Shown here: positions 40,763 to 55,067 of the stretch, piece by piece
Numbering within the stretch: the first letter of the stretch is position 1
How the letters are laid out: every line of letters starts with the position of its first letter
From: Octopus sinensis
Taxonomy: Eukaryota
Assembly: GCF_006345805.1 (NCBI RefSeq)
Contig: NC_043012.1
Location: 23,126,001 to 23,190,000 of the forward strand
Direction: 5' to 3'
DNA length: 64,000 bases
Translations under genes and position numbers: made by a program
The notes under the pieces: model-generated
Told to the model about the DNA's origin: nothing
Database searches by the model: none
Seen by the model: the letters and a program-made list of their open reading frames with translations, nothing else

Positions 40763-43120
40763 TTTGGCATTGCTAGCTTTCCATACTTTGTGATTTTGGC
40801 ATTGCTAGCTTTCCATACTTTGTGATTTTGGGACTGCCAGATTTCCATACTTTGTGATTTTGGCACTGCTAGCTTTCCATACTTTGTGATTTTGGCCCTG
40901 CTAGCTTTCAATACTTTGTGATTTTGGCATTGCTAGCTTTCCATACTTTGTGAATTTGGCATTGCTAGGTTTCCATACTTTGTGATCTTGGCACTGCTAG
41001 CTTTCCATACTTTGTGATTTTGGCACTGCCAGCTTTCCATACTTTGTGATTTTGGCACTGCTTGCTTTCCATACTTTGTGATTTTGGCACTGCTAGCTTT
41101 CCATACTTTGTAATTTTGGCACTGCTAGCTTTCCATACTTTGTAATTTTGGCACTGCTAGCTTTTCATACTTTGTGATTTTGGCACTGCTAGCTCTCCAT
41201 ACTTTGTGATTTTGGCACTGCTAGCTTTCCATACTTTGTGATTTTGGCACTGCTAGCTTTCCATACTTTATGATTTTGGCACTGCTAGCTTTCCATACTT
41301 TGTGATTTTGGCACTGCCAGCTTTCCATACTTTGTGATTTTGGCACTGCCAGCTTTCCATACTTTGTGATTTTGGCACTGCCAGCTTTCCATACTTTGTG
41401 ATTTTGGCACTGCTAGCTTTCTATACTTTGTGATTTTGGCACTGCTAGCTTTCCATACTCTGTGATTTTGGGACTGCTAGCTCTCCATACTTTGTGATTT
41501 TGGCACTGCTAGCTTTCTATACTTTGTGAGTTTGGCACTGCTAGCTTTCCATACTCTGTGATTTTGGCACTGCTAGCTCTCCATACTTTGTGATTTTGGC
41601 ACTGCTTGCTTTCCATACTTTGTGATTTTGGCACTGCTAGCTTTCCATACTTTGTGATTTTGGCACTGCTTGCTTTCCATACTTTGTGATTTTGGCACTG
41701 CTAGCTTTCCATACTTTGTGATTTTGGCACTGCTTGCTTTCCATACTTTGTGATTTTGACATTGCTAGCTTTCCATACTTTGTGATTTTGGCACTGCTAG
41801 CTTTCCATACTTTGTGATTTTGGCACTGCTAGCTCTCCATACTTTGTGATTTTGGCACTGCTAGCTCTCCATACTTTGTGATTTTGGCACTGCTAGCTTT
41901 CCATACTTTGTGATTTTGGCACTGCCAGCTTTCCATACTTTGTGATTTTGGCACTGCTTGCTTTCCATACTTTGTGATTTTGGCACTGCTAGCTTTCCAT
42001 ACTTTGTGATTTTGCACTGCTTGCTTTCCATACTTTGTGATTTTGGCATTGCTAGCTTTCCATACTTTGTGATTTTGCACTGCTAGCTTCCATACTTGTG
42101 ATTTTGGCACTGCTAAATCTCCATACTTTGTGATTTTGGCACTGCTAGCTTTCCATACTTTGTGATTTGGCACTGCCAGCTTCCATACTTTGTGATTTTG
42201 GCACTGCTTGCTTTCCATACTTTGTGATTTTGGCATTGCTAGCTTTCCATACTTTGTGATTTTGGCACTGCTAGCTTTCCATACTCTGTGATTTTGGGAC
42301 TGCTAGCTCTCCATACTTTGTGATTTTGGCACTGCTAGCTTTCTATACTTTGTGAGTTTGGCACTGCTAGCTTTCCATACTCTGTGATTTTGGCACTGCT
42401 AGCTCTCCATACTTTGTGATTTTGGCACTGCTTGCTTTCCATACTTTGTGATTTTGGCACTGCTAGCTTTCCATACTTTGTGATTTTGGCACTGCTTGCT
42501 TTCCATACTTTGTGATTTTGGCACTGCTAGCTTTCCATACTTTGTGATTTTGGCACTGCTTGCTTTCCATACTTTGTGATTTTGGCATTGCTAGCTTTCC
42601 ATACTTTGTGATTTTGGCACTGCTAGCTTTCCATACTTTGTGATTTTGGCACTGCTAGCTCTCCATACTTTGTGATTTTGGCACTGCTAGCTTTCCATAC
42701 TTTGTGATTTTGGCACTGCCAGCTTTCCATACTTTGTGATTTTGGCACTGCTTGCTTTCCATACTTTGTGATTTTGGCACTGCTTGCTTTCCATACTTTG
42801 TGATTTTGGCATTGCTAGCTTTCCATACTTTGTGATTTTGGCACTGCTAGCTTTCCATACTTTGTGATTTTGGCACTGCTAAATCTCCATACTTTGTGAT
42901 TTTGGCACTGCTAGCTTTCCATACTTTGTGATTTTGGCACTGCCAGCTTTCCATACTTTGTGATTTTGGCACTGCTTGCTTTCCATACTTTGTGATTTTG
43001 ACACTGCTAGCTTCCCATACTTTGTGATTTTGGCATTGCTAGCTTTCCATACTTTGTGATTTTGGTATTGCTAGCTTCCCATACTTTTTGATTTTGGCAT
43101 TTCTAGCCTTCCATACTTTC
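40763..43120. repeat. 32-bp minisatellite, about 73 copies
   Basis: Unit TTTTGGCACTGCTAGCTTTCCATACTTTGTGA repeated head-to-tail with no spacers. Confidence 0.97.
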
Positions 43121-45270
43121 TGTTAGTCTCTCATTTGCAAACTTAAATCTTGAATATACATTAACTATATTAAGATATGATATATAATATATATATATAT
43201 ATATATGATATATATAATATATATAGATAGATAGATAGATAGAAAGATATATATATATAGATAGATAGATAGATAGATAGATATACAGATATATATAAAC
43301 AGTGTTTCCCTTATTTTGAAGTCTACTTTTCGATGCTTAAGAAATTTGATGCGGCAAACTTTCTCCAGTTTGATGCTCTTCCTGTCACCAACACCTGTTT
43401 CCAGCTAAGGTAATTATCTCCTCTACTTCAAACACAACAAGATCAGTTGCTACCATTTTTCTGTGGGAAATGATCTCATTTGCAATCAGACAAGGTGATA
43501 CAAGCACTAACTTCCATATATATGTGTGCGTGTGTGTGTGTGTGTGTGTTTACTCACACATCCACACGCACATTTCTTTCAGTTTCTGTCTATTAAATTC
43601 ATTCACATGACTTTAGCTGACTTCGGCTATTAAAGATTATACTTGCCCAAGGTGCTACACAAGGGACTGAAAGAATAAATCCCAGACTTCAAAACAATAA
43701 ATGTGATGATAGATTTATTCAACTAAATCCTTGAAGGCAGTGTGCCAGCAAGGCTGCAGTCCAATGAACGAAACAAGAGATAAAATATAAAAGCACCGTC
43801 CGATCGTGGCTGCTGCCAGCCTCATCAGGCACCTGTGCCAGTGGCACGTAAAAAGCACCCACTACACTCACAGAGTGGTTGGCGTTAGGAAGGACATCCA
43901 GCTGTAGAAACACTGCCAGATCAGACTGGGCATGGCGCAGCCTTCTGGCTTCTAAGACACCAGTTGAACCGTCCAACCCATGCTAGCATGGAAAGTGGAC
44001 GTTAAACGATGATGATGATGATCCATGATATAATCTGCTAAGTTTCCTTCAGTTTTTTTGTTGTGATTTCAAAAGAAGATTTATTTGGGATAGATTCAGC
44101 CCACAAGCACAGTTGCACTTTCTTTTTCCAGATTGTCCTACTCACCATCAAACCATAGCTCTGCTTCACATTAAAATTTATGTCTTCTTCAGCTAATAGT
44201 TTTGTAATGCATTTAATCTCTTTACAGATTAACCCTCTCACATTAAGATTAATCTGTCAAATATAATCCGTATTTAATCACATCGTTTTGGATTAATCAA
44301 GCATTGAGATTTCAATGATGTGACTGTACATTTTTAGAATGACATTGTAGGATTGGCGTAAGAGGCTGGATCTGGCTAGCCTGAACATAAAACAGGTGGA
44401 CTATTTGAGCTGGATAAGACTGGATTAAATGCTAAAGGTTTAAACAATGCCTAATTAAAGGAACTTTTGTAAGCTTTTCTTACATCAGCCAATCCAAAAC
44501 CTGAATAAGTTAATCAAAATCTAAATTAGTAAAGGACTAGAAAATTAGTAATTGCTTTAATGAAACTCTTTTTCAAGAATTTAAGTTAGATATTTCAGAG
44601 CTAAACTGAGAAAGTAAGCTTGATCCCATTTTCCACAGGTTCATAGCCTTTTTAAGTTGTTATTTTATGCTTTCAATCCTTTGCCTGCTGTAGCTCATTG
44701 TACATTGACTAAATCTATAATGAATAAACTCACAGGCCTGTGAAACATTTGTATAAAAGTAAAGGGAAATTTATGTTTTAATAAATATTTTCATTTCAAT
44801 ATAATACTTTGTATTTTTTATTTATGGATGCTGAACAATTTGAATTTAGAATGTTGTTTTAGCTATTGTATAGTGTTTTAACAAATCAAAGAAATATAAT
44901 ACAAAAATTAAAGCAATAAAAATAGTGTTTGTGTTATTACTATAGTTCTACTTCTTTGCAACAATAGTGGCTAACAGCCAGCATAAAATTGTGTGCTGTA
45001 TGACATAGTTTCTCAAAAGATTGTGCATCATTTTCACAATAGCAAAATATATTTGTTGGTTTATTAGAAATAACCAGGGCTGACCTTGTGAATGAAATCC
45101 TTGTATTATCTTTCAAACAATTTTTTTTTCTTCATTTGTTTATTCCAAAACAATGATCACCACATGTGGAAATCTGGCACCAATACATAGTAATTTAATC
45201 AATGAATACCATAGTATCATTCCTCCAGAGGGGGAAAAAAAAACGTTGCTGCTATTACCACCTCTAGTAC

Positions 45271-45303
<33 letters not shown>

Positions 45304-46741
45304 AACAACAACAACAACTAAATCTGAATTATTATAATAATCTTTTATTATTAGGGCAGTATAAGGCAGTGAACTGGCAGAATCATTAACATACTGGACA
45401 AAATTCTTCATGGTATTTCGTCTGTCTTTATGTTCTGTGTTCAAATTCTACTGAGGTCAATTTTACCATTCATCCTTTGTGGGGAGTGGGGAAAGTCAAT
45501 GAAACAAATACCAGTTGTATACTGGGGTTGATGTAAGCAACTCATCATTCCTCCTCCCCAAATTTCAGGCCTGTTGCCAAGAGTAGAAGAGATTATTAGA
45601 GTGTATTTCCGTATTTAGTAACAGCCTTTCACATGCAGAATCCAAATTCTGCCAAGTCTGATTTTGTCTTCCAGCCATCCAAGTACTGAATCAATTTTAC
45701 CGTGGAACCCATTCCTTGAAAATTCTGTCCTTCTGTCTATAAAAGAAATTATTATTAAGGCAGTGGATAACGAAATCGTTAGAGCTCTGAACAAAAGTCT
45801 AATTATGACCTTTTACATTCCAAATTTGTTTCTTACTTTGGAAAGCCATGACAATGGAGATGGGAGCGAATCTCCTCTTTAGAGCCAACAGTAATGGTCA
45901 TATTTCACACTTATGAGGAACTCTTCAGCAAAACATATTTTACTCAGCTGACAAAACACAGAAGTGAGCAGTATGAACAGTAATAGTAGGAATATAACAA
46001 CACCGATTGTGAATATGAACAATATAACTGGAGCAAAAGTACCCCGCAAAAGAATATTCTGCATTTATATGCACATACGGTTAGTGTAACACATTCTTTT
46101 ATTCTATTATTCTTTTACTTATTTCAGTCATTTGACTGTGGTCATTCTGGAGTACAGCCTTAAAGGGTTTTTAGTTGGAGAAATCAACCTTGGGACTTAT
46201 TCTTTGTAAGCATGGCATTTATTCTATCCGTCTCTTTTGCTAAACTGCTAAATTACAGGGATGTAAACACACCAACAAAGGTTGTCAGGCGATGGTGGGA
46301 GGAAAACATAAATTTAGATATATGGAGGCAATGACAAATAACCGAGATCTTTGGAGATATGCCATGCTTGAGAACACCCAGCAAGCCAAGTGAGGTTGTA
46401 ATCATGGCCGATGCTAGTGTTGCATAACTGGCTTGTTTGAAAGCACCCTTCAATCATTGGCCGATATGCTGTGCTTGTGAAGGCCTGATGAACCAAGTGA
46501 AATTGTAGTTGTGGCTGATGCCAGTACCGCCTGACTGGCACCCATGCTAAGTGCACGTAAAAAGCACCCACTACACTCTCTGAGTGGTTGGCGTTAGGAA
46601 GGGTATCCAGCTGTAGAAACCTTGCCAACTTGGATTGGAGCATGATGCAGCCTCCAAGCCCGCCAGTTCTCAGCCAAGTCGTCCAACTTATGCCAGCATG
46701 GAAAACGGACATTAAACGATGATGATATGTATATATAATAT

Positions 46742-46982
46742 AATCAAAATAAGCAACAAGTATATCCGAGGTAATGTAGTATGATCATTTCATGCTACTT
46801 CATTTTATTAAACACTGTAATTATTACATCAGTTTTAAAATGTTGAGCAATCTTCAGCCACCTTTAGAGAAGATTGCTTGACATTTTAAAACTGATGTAA
46901 TGATTACAGTGTTTAATAAAATGAAGTAGCATGAAACGATCGTACCACATTACCTCGGATATCCTTTTTGCTTATTTTGATT
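46742..46982. repeat. fold-back inverted repeat (~114-bp arms, 13-nt loop)
   Basis: 46742-46855 is an approximately 90% reverse complement of 46869-46982. Loop AGCCACCTTTAGA. Confidence 0.9.
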
Positions 46983-47526
46983 GTAATCACCCCATGGATT
47001 TATATGGATAATACCATACAAAATTCTGGTGCCTTTGACTTAAGTACCATATTCATCTGAATCTAAATTTTGCTGAACTTATATATATATATATATATAT
47101 GTGTATATATATATATACATACATACAACAGGCTTCTTTCAGCTTCTGTCTATCAAATCCATTCACAAGGCTTTGGTCAACCTAAGGCTAAAGTAGAAGA
47201 CATTTGCCAAAGAAGCTATGCAGTGGACTGAACCCAAAACCATGTGGTTGGTAAGAAAGCTTCTGACCACACAGCCACACCTACACCTAAGTAATATAGC
47301 GAGTTGAAAACCTTCAATTAACTAACATCAACAGGTAACAACCAATTGCTGTCTTAAGTAAGAATTAACATTTTGTTATCATTTGAACTGTGTCTCAATG
47401 GCCTGGACTGTTAATGTTTCACAGTGTCTGGCGCACAACATGATAAACTGGGAAAGGTAGTACGGTAGGTGTTATGAGAAAATTAACGATGAGATAATGT
47501 ACTAGAAAGAGAGAGAAATATATATT

Positions 47527-47561
<35 letters not shown>

Positions 47562-47984
47562 GCAGACAAGCATATATATATTATATATCTATATATGCAC
47601 TCTCCCCCCCACCCCTTCCCATATTCCTTATCTTTTTCTATGTTGTACTAGCAAGATGTATTAAGCATGAAAATAAAGCCAGCTGCACGAGCCATAACAC
47701 CAGTAATAAAAACAAAAGACAAGCAATGGTAAATGATCCATTAATAGGTCTGCATGATCAGGGCTGACCTGGGGCTAAGCAACAGTGCAAGCACAGAGAC
47801 AACAACTTCATAACAGCAATAACACTGGCCCGAGTGATATTAGCAACAATGACAAATACAACAAAAATAGCAACAACCCATGTTATTAAAACAACAAAAG
47901 GGCAACTAAATCGGACAATATCAATATTTGCTGCAACAGCTGCATAAACAGGAGCAGCAAGAGAAACAAGAACAACAATATCAA

Positions 47985-48009
47985 TTATAAATATATATAT
48001 ATATATGTA

Positions 48010-48063
<54 letters not shown>

Positions 48064-48800
48064 CACATATATACATACACATATATACTTACATATATAA
48101 ACATATATACATACATATATACATATACATACATATATAAAAAATATATACACATACATACGTATATATGATATATATATAAACACACATATATATATAT
48201 ATACATATACATATATATACACGTATATATGTATATATATATATATACATATATATATAATATACATATATATATATAAACATATATATATACAATATAT
48301 ATATATATATATTATACATATACACATATATATACATACATTTATACATACATATATATATATATACACATATATATATACATACATTTATACATACATA
48401 TATATATATATACACATATATATATACATACATTTATACATACATATATATATATATATATATAGATATATATGTATGTATATATATACATATATATATA
48501 TAATATATATATATATACATACATATACATACATATATATATACACACATACATATATATACATATATATATGCATACATATACATACATATATATCTTC
48601 ATCATATATATATACATACATATACATACATACATATATATATATATACATACATATACATACATATACATACATATACATACATACATATATAATATAT
48701 ATATATATATAATATATATATAATATAATATATATATATACATATAAATATATATTTATATACACACACATAAATATATTTATATACACACACACATACA
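47985..48800. repeat. compound (TA)n/(TACA)n microsatellite tract
   Basis: Direct inspection. Confidence 0.95.
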
Positions 48801-49278
48801 TATTCGTTTATTCTTTATATGTTTCAGTTATTAGATTGTGGTCATGCTAGAGCACTGCCCTGAAGAATTCTATTGAGACAAATTGACCCTAGTACTTAAT
48901 TTTAAGCCTAGTACTTTCCTTATAGGACTCTTTTGCTGAACCACAACATTATGGGGATGTAAATACACCAACACTGGTTGTCAATCAATGATGAGGGAAC
49001 AAACATATACACACACACAATAGACTTCTTTCAGTTTCCACCTACCAAATCCAGTCATAAGGCTTCATTCGGACTGAAGCTGTAGTAGAAGACACTTGCC
49101 CAAGGTGCCATACTGCATACGCATGTGTATATGTATGAGCATACGTGTATACATGTGTATATGCATGTACATATTTGTATATATACATATATATACACAT
49201 GCATATATATTTGTGCGTGTGTATATATATATGTGTGTGTGAGTGCGTTTGAGGCATATATATACATATATATCATCA

Positions 49279-49735
49279 TTTATCATCATCATCGTTTAAC
49301 ATCCGCTTTCCATGCTAGCATGAGTTAGATGATTTGGACTGAGGGCTGGCGAACCAGATGGCTGCACCAGGCTCCAATCTTGATCTGGCAGAGTTTCTAT
49401 AGCTGGATGCCCTTCTAACGCCAACCACTCCAAGAGTGTAGTGGGTACTTTTTATGTGCCACCAGCATGGGGGCCAGTCAGGCAGTACTGGCAATGACCT
49501 CGCTCGACTCTTTTTATACATGCTACCGGCACAGGTGACAGTAAGACGACGTTGGTAACGATCACGCTTGAATGGTGCCCTTTTACATGCCACCAGCATG
49601 GAAGCCAGTTGGCTGCTCTGGCAACGATCATGCTCGGATGGTGCTCTTGGCACCCTACTAGCATGGACACAAGTGCCAGTAAGGTGATGCTGGTAATGAG
49701 CACACTCGTATGGTGCTCTTTGCAGCCCGCTAGCC
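49279..49735 (-). mobile_element. family C SINE with an expanded tandem-unit region
   Basis: The (GAT)n tail module lies at 49279-49445, adjoining about 4-5 diverged 62-72-bp units containing TTTTAYRTGCCACC.GCA...GGCAAYGA...GGATGGTGC. Confidence 0.7.
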
Positions 49736-49923
49736 AGTCATCGAATTTGATTTTGATTTATATATATATATGCATATACATATGAATGTATATGTGGGTA
49801 TACACACACACACACATATATACAATACATATATTATACATAACTGCAGGGATGGGCACTAGCATAGCTAGATGGGAGCAGAGCAGGTGGTCCACTCTAG
49901 GTGGTAACAATTTTAGATCTGCT

Positions 49924-50392
49924 ATAGGCAGTGCATGCCATCAAAGTGACACTGGGATAAAATATACGAAGCCCAGTATACCCATCATGACTACCCTTCT
50001 GATAAGGGTACATTAGGCACATGCATCAGAATCACATGTGCGCAACATGGTGATCTCATATCAAGATAAACAGCACATGACATGGCAGGTGGGACCCAGT
50101 TAGCATTTTCTTCCGGTCGAGTAACCCATCCTGCTCAAAAGGTCCCTGAATAAGGGTTGTTTAAGGATGTTGAACGAAACACCCATGTTTCCTCAGGTGA
50201 ATTATTCAAACCCCAAAGAATCCCTCTCAACACATGGCTATGATACTCCCCCAATACTTCTGCTTGGGATCAGAGATGCACATATCGTCAGCCACTAAGG
50301 GACAAGCTCAACTGGTTGAGGTCAAACAACTGACAAGCAAATCTGTGGCATTGAGCAGAATATTTGCTGTTGCTCATCTTTTATACTAAGAC
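49924..50392 (-). mobile_element. ~460-bp dispersed retroposed repeat (family E)
   Basis: Collinear with 53000-53468 and partly with 33430-33590. The 53-kb copy ends in an (AAT)n tail on the minus strand. Confidence 0.7.
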
Positions 50393-50727
50393 AAATTATT
50401 ATTATTATTATTATTATTTAAGACATCAGAGGATGTGTCTGTCAGGGGTTTGTACTCTCCGTCAAGTCACAACAAGGACCTCAGACAGACAGTACTTTAT
50501 GCAATATGTATGCAGTTCCAAGTAATGCTGATTTTTGCAATACACCTAGATTAAAGGGTATATCTAAAGTTTCCAGATATTTTTTCTGGTTGGGTGGAAC
50601 TGAATCCAATGCTCCAATGACAATAGGGACAATTTTTATGTTTGACTCTCGTAGCTGCCACATCTTGGCAATCTCGTTTCTCAGGTCTCCATATTTATCA
50701 ATCTTTCTCCTCTTTCTTTCAAGATAA
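50393..50727 (-). mobile_element. Dong/R4-clade non-LTR retrotransposon 3' fragment (RLE domain C-terminus, 3' UTR and (TAA)n tail)
   Basis: KIDKYGDLRNEIAKMWQL...IVPIVIGALDSVP...LQKSALLGTAYILHKVL* is the typical R4/Dong C-terminus. Lies between (ATT)n tracts. Confidence 0.85.
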
Positions 50728-51717
50728 TATGTTAATTATTAGGCACTCTTGTTGTTAGTATTAATATTATTATTATTATTATTATTATTAAGGCAGTAAG
50801 CTGGCAAAATTGTTTGTATGCCAGGTGAAATGCTTAGTGGTATTTCGTCTGCCACCACGTTCTGAGTTCAAATTCTGGTGAGGTCAACTTTGCCTTTCAT
50901 CCTTTCGGGGTCGATAAATTAAGTACCAGTGACACACTGAGGTCGATGTAATCGATTACTCTCCTCCTCGAAAATTCCAGACCTTGTATCTATAGTTGAA
51001 ATGATTATTATTATTATCATTATTATTATTATCATTTAACATCCATTTTCTATGTTGGCACATGTTGGACAGTTCAGCAGGAAGTAGGGAGCTAGAGAAG
51101 TGGGCCAAGCCCCAATTTCTGCTGTGGAATGGTTTCTACAACCTGATGCCCTTTCTAATGCCAATTGTCTTTCTTAATACCAATGAATATTTTTATTGTG
51201 AAGTCTGAGACTTTAAGTAGCACTTTCATATTTCTAACGTCTTTCAGATTTCTATTTATTTCACCAATCCTAGACTGGTAAAAAAATTTGATTTCTATTG
51301 AAATTTAATATGGAATTTTCAATATAATGTTCCATATTCTAAGACCAAGACATTCTTCTATAATTTCATTTAAGCTTTAAGTTTTTGGATTATTCTACAG
51401 AGACAGACATACTTTTAAAGAAATAATGCAAACAAAATAAAGTTTTCTGGTCAAATTGATTTGATATCGAAAATTTCAACAGTTTGCTTTTTACATCTTC
51501 CTCTCTCTCTCTCTCTCTGTGCATGTGTGTGTATATATATATATATATTATATATATATATACACACACACATTACACATACATAAATACATACAGGTAT
51601 GTGTATATATGTATATATACATAGGTATGTGCATATACACACGTACATCCATATACCCACACATGTGTCTGTGTGTGAATATGTGTGTGTGTATATATAT
51701 ATATGTGTGTGTGTGTG

Positions 51718-51787
<70 letters not shown>

Positions 51788-52252
51788 ATGTATATATATG
51801 CATACATGTATAAATACACACACACACATTATGTTCCACATGCAAAGTTAGGTTAGACATGACATGCCAATCATATTATTATGAAGTGGAACAGTTATCT
51901 ATTCTCCATCTTGATAGACTGGGGCCGGCAGAACTGGGTGCATTGTCGAAGGACACAAAGAATCTTTGTATTTCATTTTGAATACATGACTTACTAGAAG
52001 ACTCGCCTCCTCTATAATGTGACCTAATACTTTAAAAGTAATCAAATGATACATGTCACACGGCATTATGATTGCTAGACACTTAATATCCAAGATTTCA
52101 TAGAATACAATACAAAAGTGGAGTGGAAAAAAAGCCAAAAAAAAAAAATACATGAAAATATCAAGTTATCTACATAGTTTAAGACCAGCAATCTTTATGA
52201 TTGTGTATATGCATGTGACTGAATACAAAGATCATTTCAAACCATATATCAG

Positions 52253-52283
<31 letters not shown>

Positions 52284-52289
52284 GTGTGT

Positions 52290-52335
<46 letters not shown>

Positions 52336-52999
52336 TGTGTGTGTATGAAGGTGCATGGCTCAGTGGTTAAGATGTTGCACTCACGATTGCGAGATCGTGG
52401 GTTTCATTCCCAGACTAGGTGTTGTGCTCTTGAGCATAGCACTTCATTTCAAATTGCTCTGCGATCATTTTGTCATCTGACATGTGGCACATGGCGCACC
52501 TGTACAGGTAATGTCAATTTGATGGAGGAAGTAAGCTTATGTGTACACAAACATTTGATCACTATAAACATATCATCTGTGTGGATATTCCAATAAAAAA
52601 TTGTCAAACCCTCAATTTGGAATCACATGATTTGGGGTTCACTACGAAGTCAGGACACTACCTTGAAGGACATATGACAGGTTTCCACATAGTTTCCTTT
52701 CTTCCTCCAAATTTCACTCACAAGGCACTGGTCAGTACAAGGCTATAGAAGAAGAAAACTTATTGAAGTTACCATGCGGTGGGACTGAAGACAAAAGCAC
52801 ATGGCTGCAAGCTGAGCTTCTTAATCCCACAGCCAAGCCTTTGCCTCTCTGTGACATGTTTAAAGAAAAAAAATTATATAGTGTTGGGTTATTTCAAATT
52901 CTAAGAGATGCATGATTCACCACCAGAGAAATGGCTTCATTGGCTTACCCATCCTCTCAAAACTGCTGGTCTTCTAACAAAAATTTCAAACCATTATTA

Positions 53000-53468
53000 T
53001 TGAGTGAGAGAGCAGTATATGCCATCAAAGTGACACTGGGGTAAAATATACGAAGCCCAGTATACCGATCATGACTACCCGTCTGATAAGGGTTCACTAG
53101 GCACATGTATCACAACCATATGTGCGTGACATGGTGATCTCATATCAAGTTAAACAGCAAATGACCTTGCAGGTGGGGCTCAGTTAGAGTTTTCTTCTGG
53201 TCAAGCAGCCCATCCTGCTCAAAAGGTCCCTGAATTGTTTAAGGATGTTCAACAAAACACCCATGTTTCCAGAGGTGAATTATTCAAACCCCAAAGAATC
53301 CCTCTCAACACATGGCTATGATGCTCCCCCACTACTTCTGCTCGCGATCAGAGATGCACATAGCGTCAGCTACTAAGGGACATGCTCAACTGGTTAAGGT
53401 CAAACAACTGACAAGCAAATCTGTGGTATTGAGCAGAATATTTGCAGTAGCCCATCTTTTACACCAAG
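53000..53468 (-). mobile_element. family E repeat, full copy
   Basis: Collinear with 49924-50392. Confidence 0.7.
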
Positions 53469-53552
53469 AGAAAACGATGTACATGATAACACTTCCAATC
53501 AGTTAATATCAGAAGCCATGAGAGCCACTGTCTGGTACTGCATCAGGGCATT

Positions 53553-53572
53553 TATTATTATTATTATTATCA

Positions 53573-53621
<49 letters not shown>

Positions 53622-53662
53622 CATTATTATTATTGTTATTATTATTATTATTATTATTATTA
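53553..53662. repeat. (ATT)n microsatellite
   Basis: Direct inspection. Source of the poly-Ile ORFs. Confidence 0.95.
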
Positions 53663-54934
53663 CCTCTGCCTTAATGAAGTGGGAGGCATTATTTTCACTC
53701 ATGTTTGTTTGTCTGTGGAAAGATGAAACATTCAGGGATGTTTGGCCTCGTAACTGACATGAACTGATTAGATTTTGGGATCAATCCTGTACCAGACAAG
53801 GATTCTGGATTATTTTTCCGTCTTTTTTTAAGTTAATTTTTGAGAGTGGTCAAGTTCATTTCTTGTATTCTCATTTGTGAGAGCAGTCAAGTTTATTTCA
53901 GATATTCTCATTTCATTCAGATATTCTCATTTTAAAAACCATTTCCAACCAACCATTGAGAAGATGTCGGTGTTGCCTTGGCGGAGGTTTGTGTTCTGAG
54001 TGCTCTTGTTATTATTATTATCATTATTTTTCCCCCACTTCTTTCTTCAAATTTTCTTCCATTTCTCGCCGAGTGTTTTCCATACACCTAGGGCAAAGAA
54101 GCTCATTGTATGCATTCCCAGATTACACACGTAAATTCACAGGTAAAATATGTATTTAAAAAGATTAATAAACAAATAAATTCATGAATGGATGTTGTTT
54201 TCACATGTTGCTTATAATAATAATAATTATTATTATTATTACTATTATTATTATTATTATTGTTATTATTACCATCATCATTATTGTTGTTGTTATTATC
54301 TTCCCACTGATGTTAGCAACTAATTAACATTTGATGGTGCATGCCAAAATAACAATCCTTTCTAATACAGGTGCAACGCCTGAAATGTTGCGGGAGCGGG
54401 AAACTCAACTGCATCAACTCCAGTGTTTGACTGGTACTTATTTTATTGGCCACAAAAGGATGAAAAGCAGAGTCACATTCTGTGGGATTTGAGCACAGAA
54501 CATAAAGACCTGAAAGGAATGCTGCTAAACACGTTTTCCAGCACTCTAACGAACCTGTCAGCTTGCCACTTAATGATGACAATAACGATGACAACAACGC
54601 ATTATATGAAAGCTAAGCACTTTTGCTCAAAAAAACAAGAAGTTGTTTATGTAAATATTTTGAAGTATAACAAACGAAGTAGATTGTATTCTCTTAATAA
54701 AAACATAGAAATATATAGAATACCTAAAATATGGAATAACAAAGTAATTGACTTTATTAGAATAATGAATTCCATTTTGAAGATTAAGAATAAATAAATG
54801 AGATAAAATGAGTTTATTTTCTTAAGGGGCCTAAACATAAAAAACCCATAACATTAATGTTAAAGTATTGACTTTAAATTTAATAAACACATATATGTAT
54901 ATATATACATACATATATATATATATATATATAC

Positions 54935-55007
<73 letters not shown>

Positions 55008-55067
55008 CATATGTATACATACAAACATATATATATTATATTAAATTAAAAGTCAGTACATTATATA

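Noticed and set aside
40763-43120. 32-bp repeats as a CRISPR array or as the PKSQSMES-repeat ORFs
   Set aside because: There are no spacers and the context is eukaryotic. The period is not a multiple of 3 and TAG recurs in the unit, so the ORFs are incidental.
44038-44255. 108-nt symmetric minus-strand exon or 67-aa ORF
   Set aside because: The acceptor and first codons lie inside a TTAA-type MITE and the peptide is unrecognisable. Only the GTGAGT donor is good.
47758-47985. Apparent multi-pass membrane protein segment ([13 protein letters not shown]...)
   Set aside because: It is an eroded (TTG)n-like tract plus a repeat-like segment (GTTGCTTAGCCCCAGGTCAGCCCTGA), has an in-frame stop, and lacks splice support.
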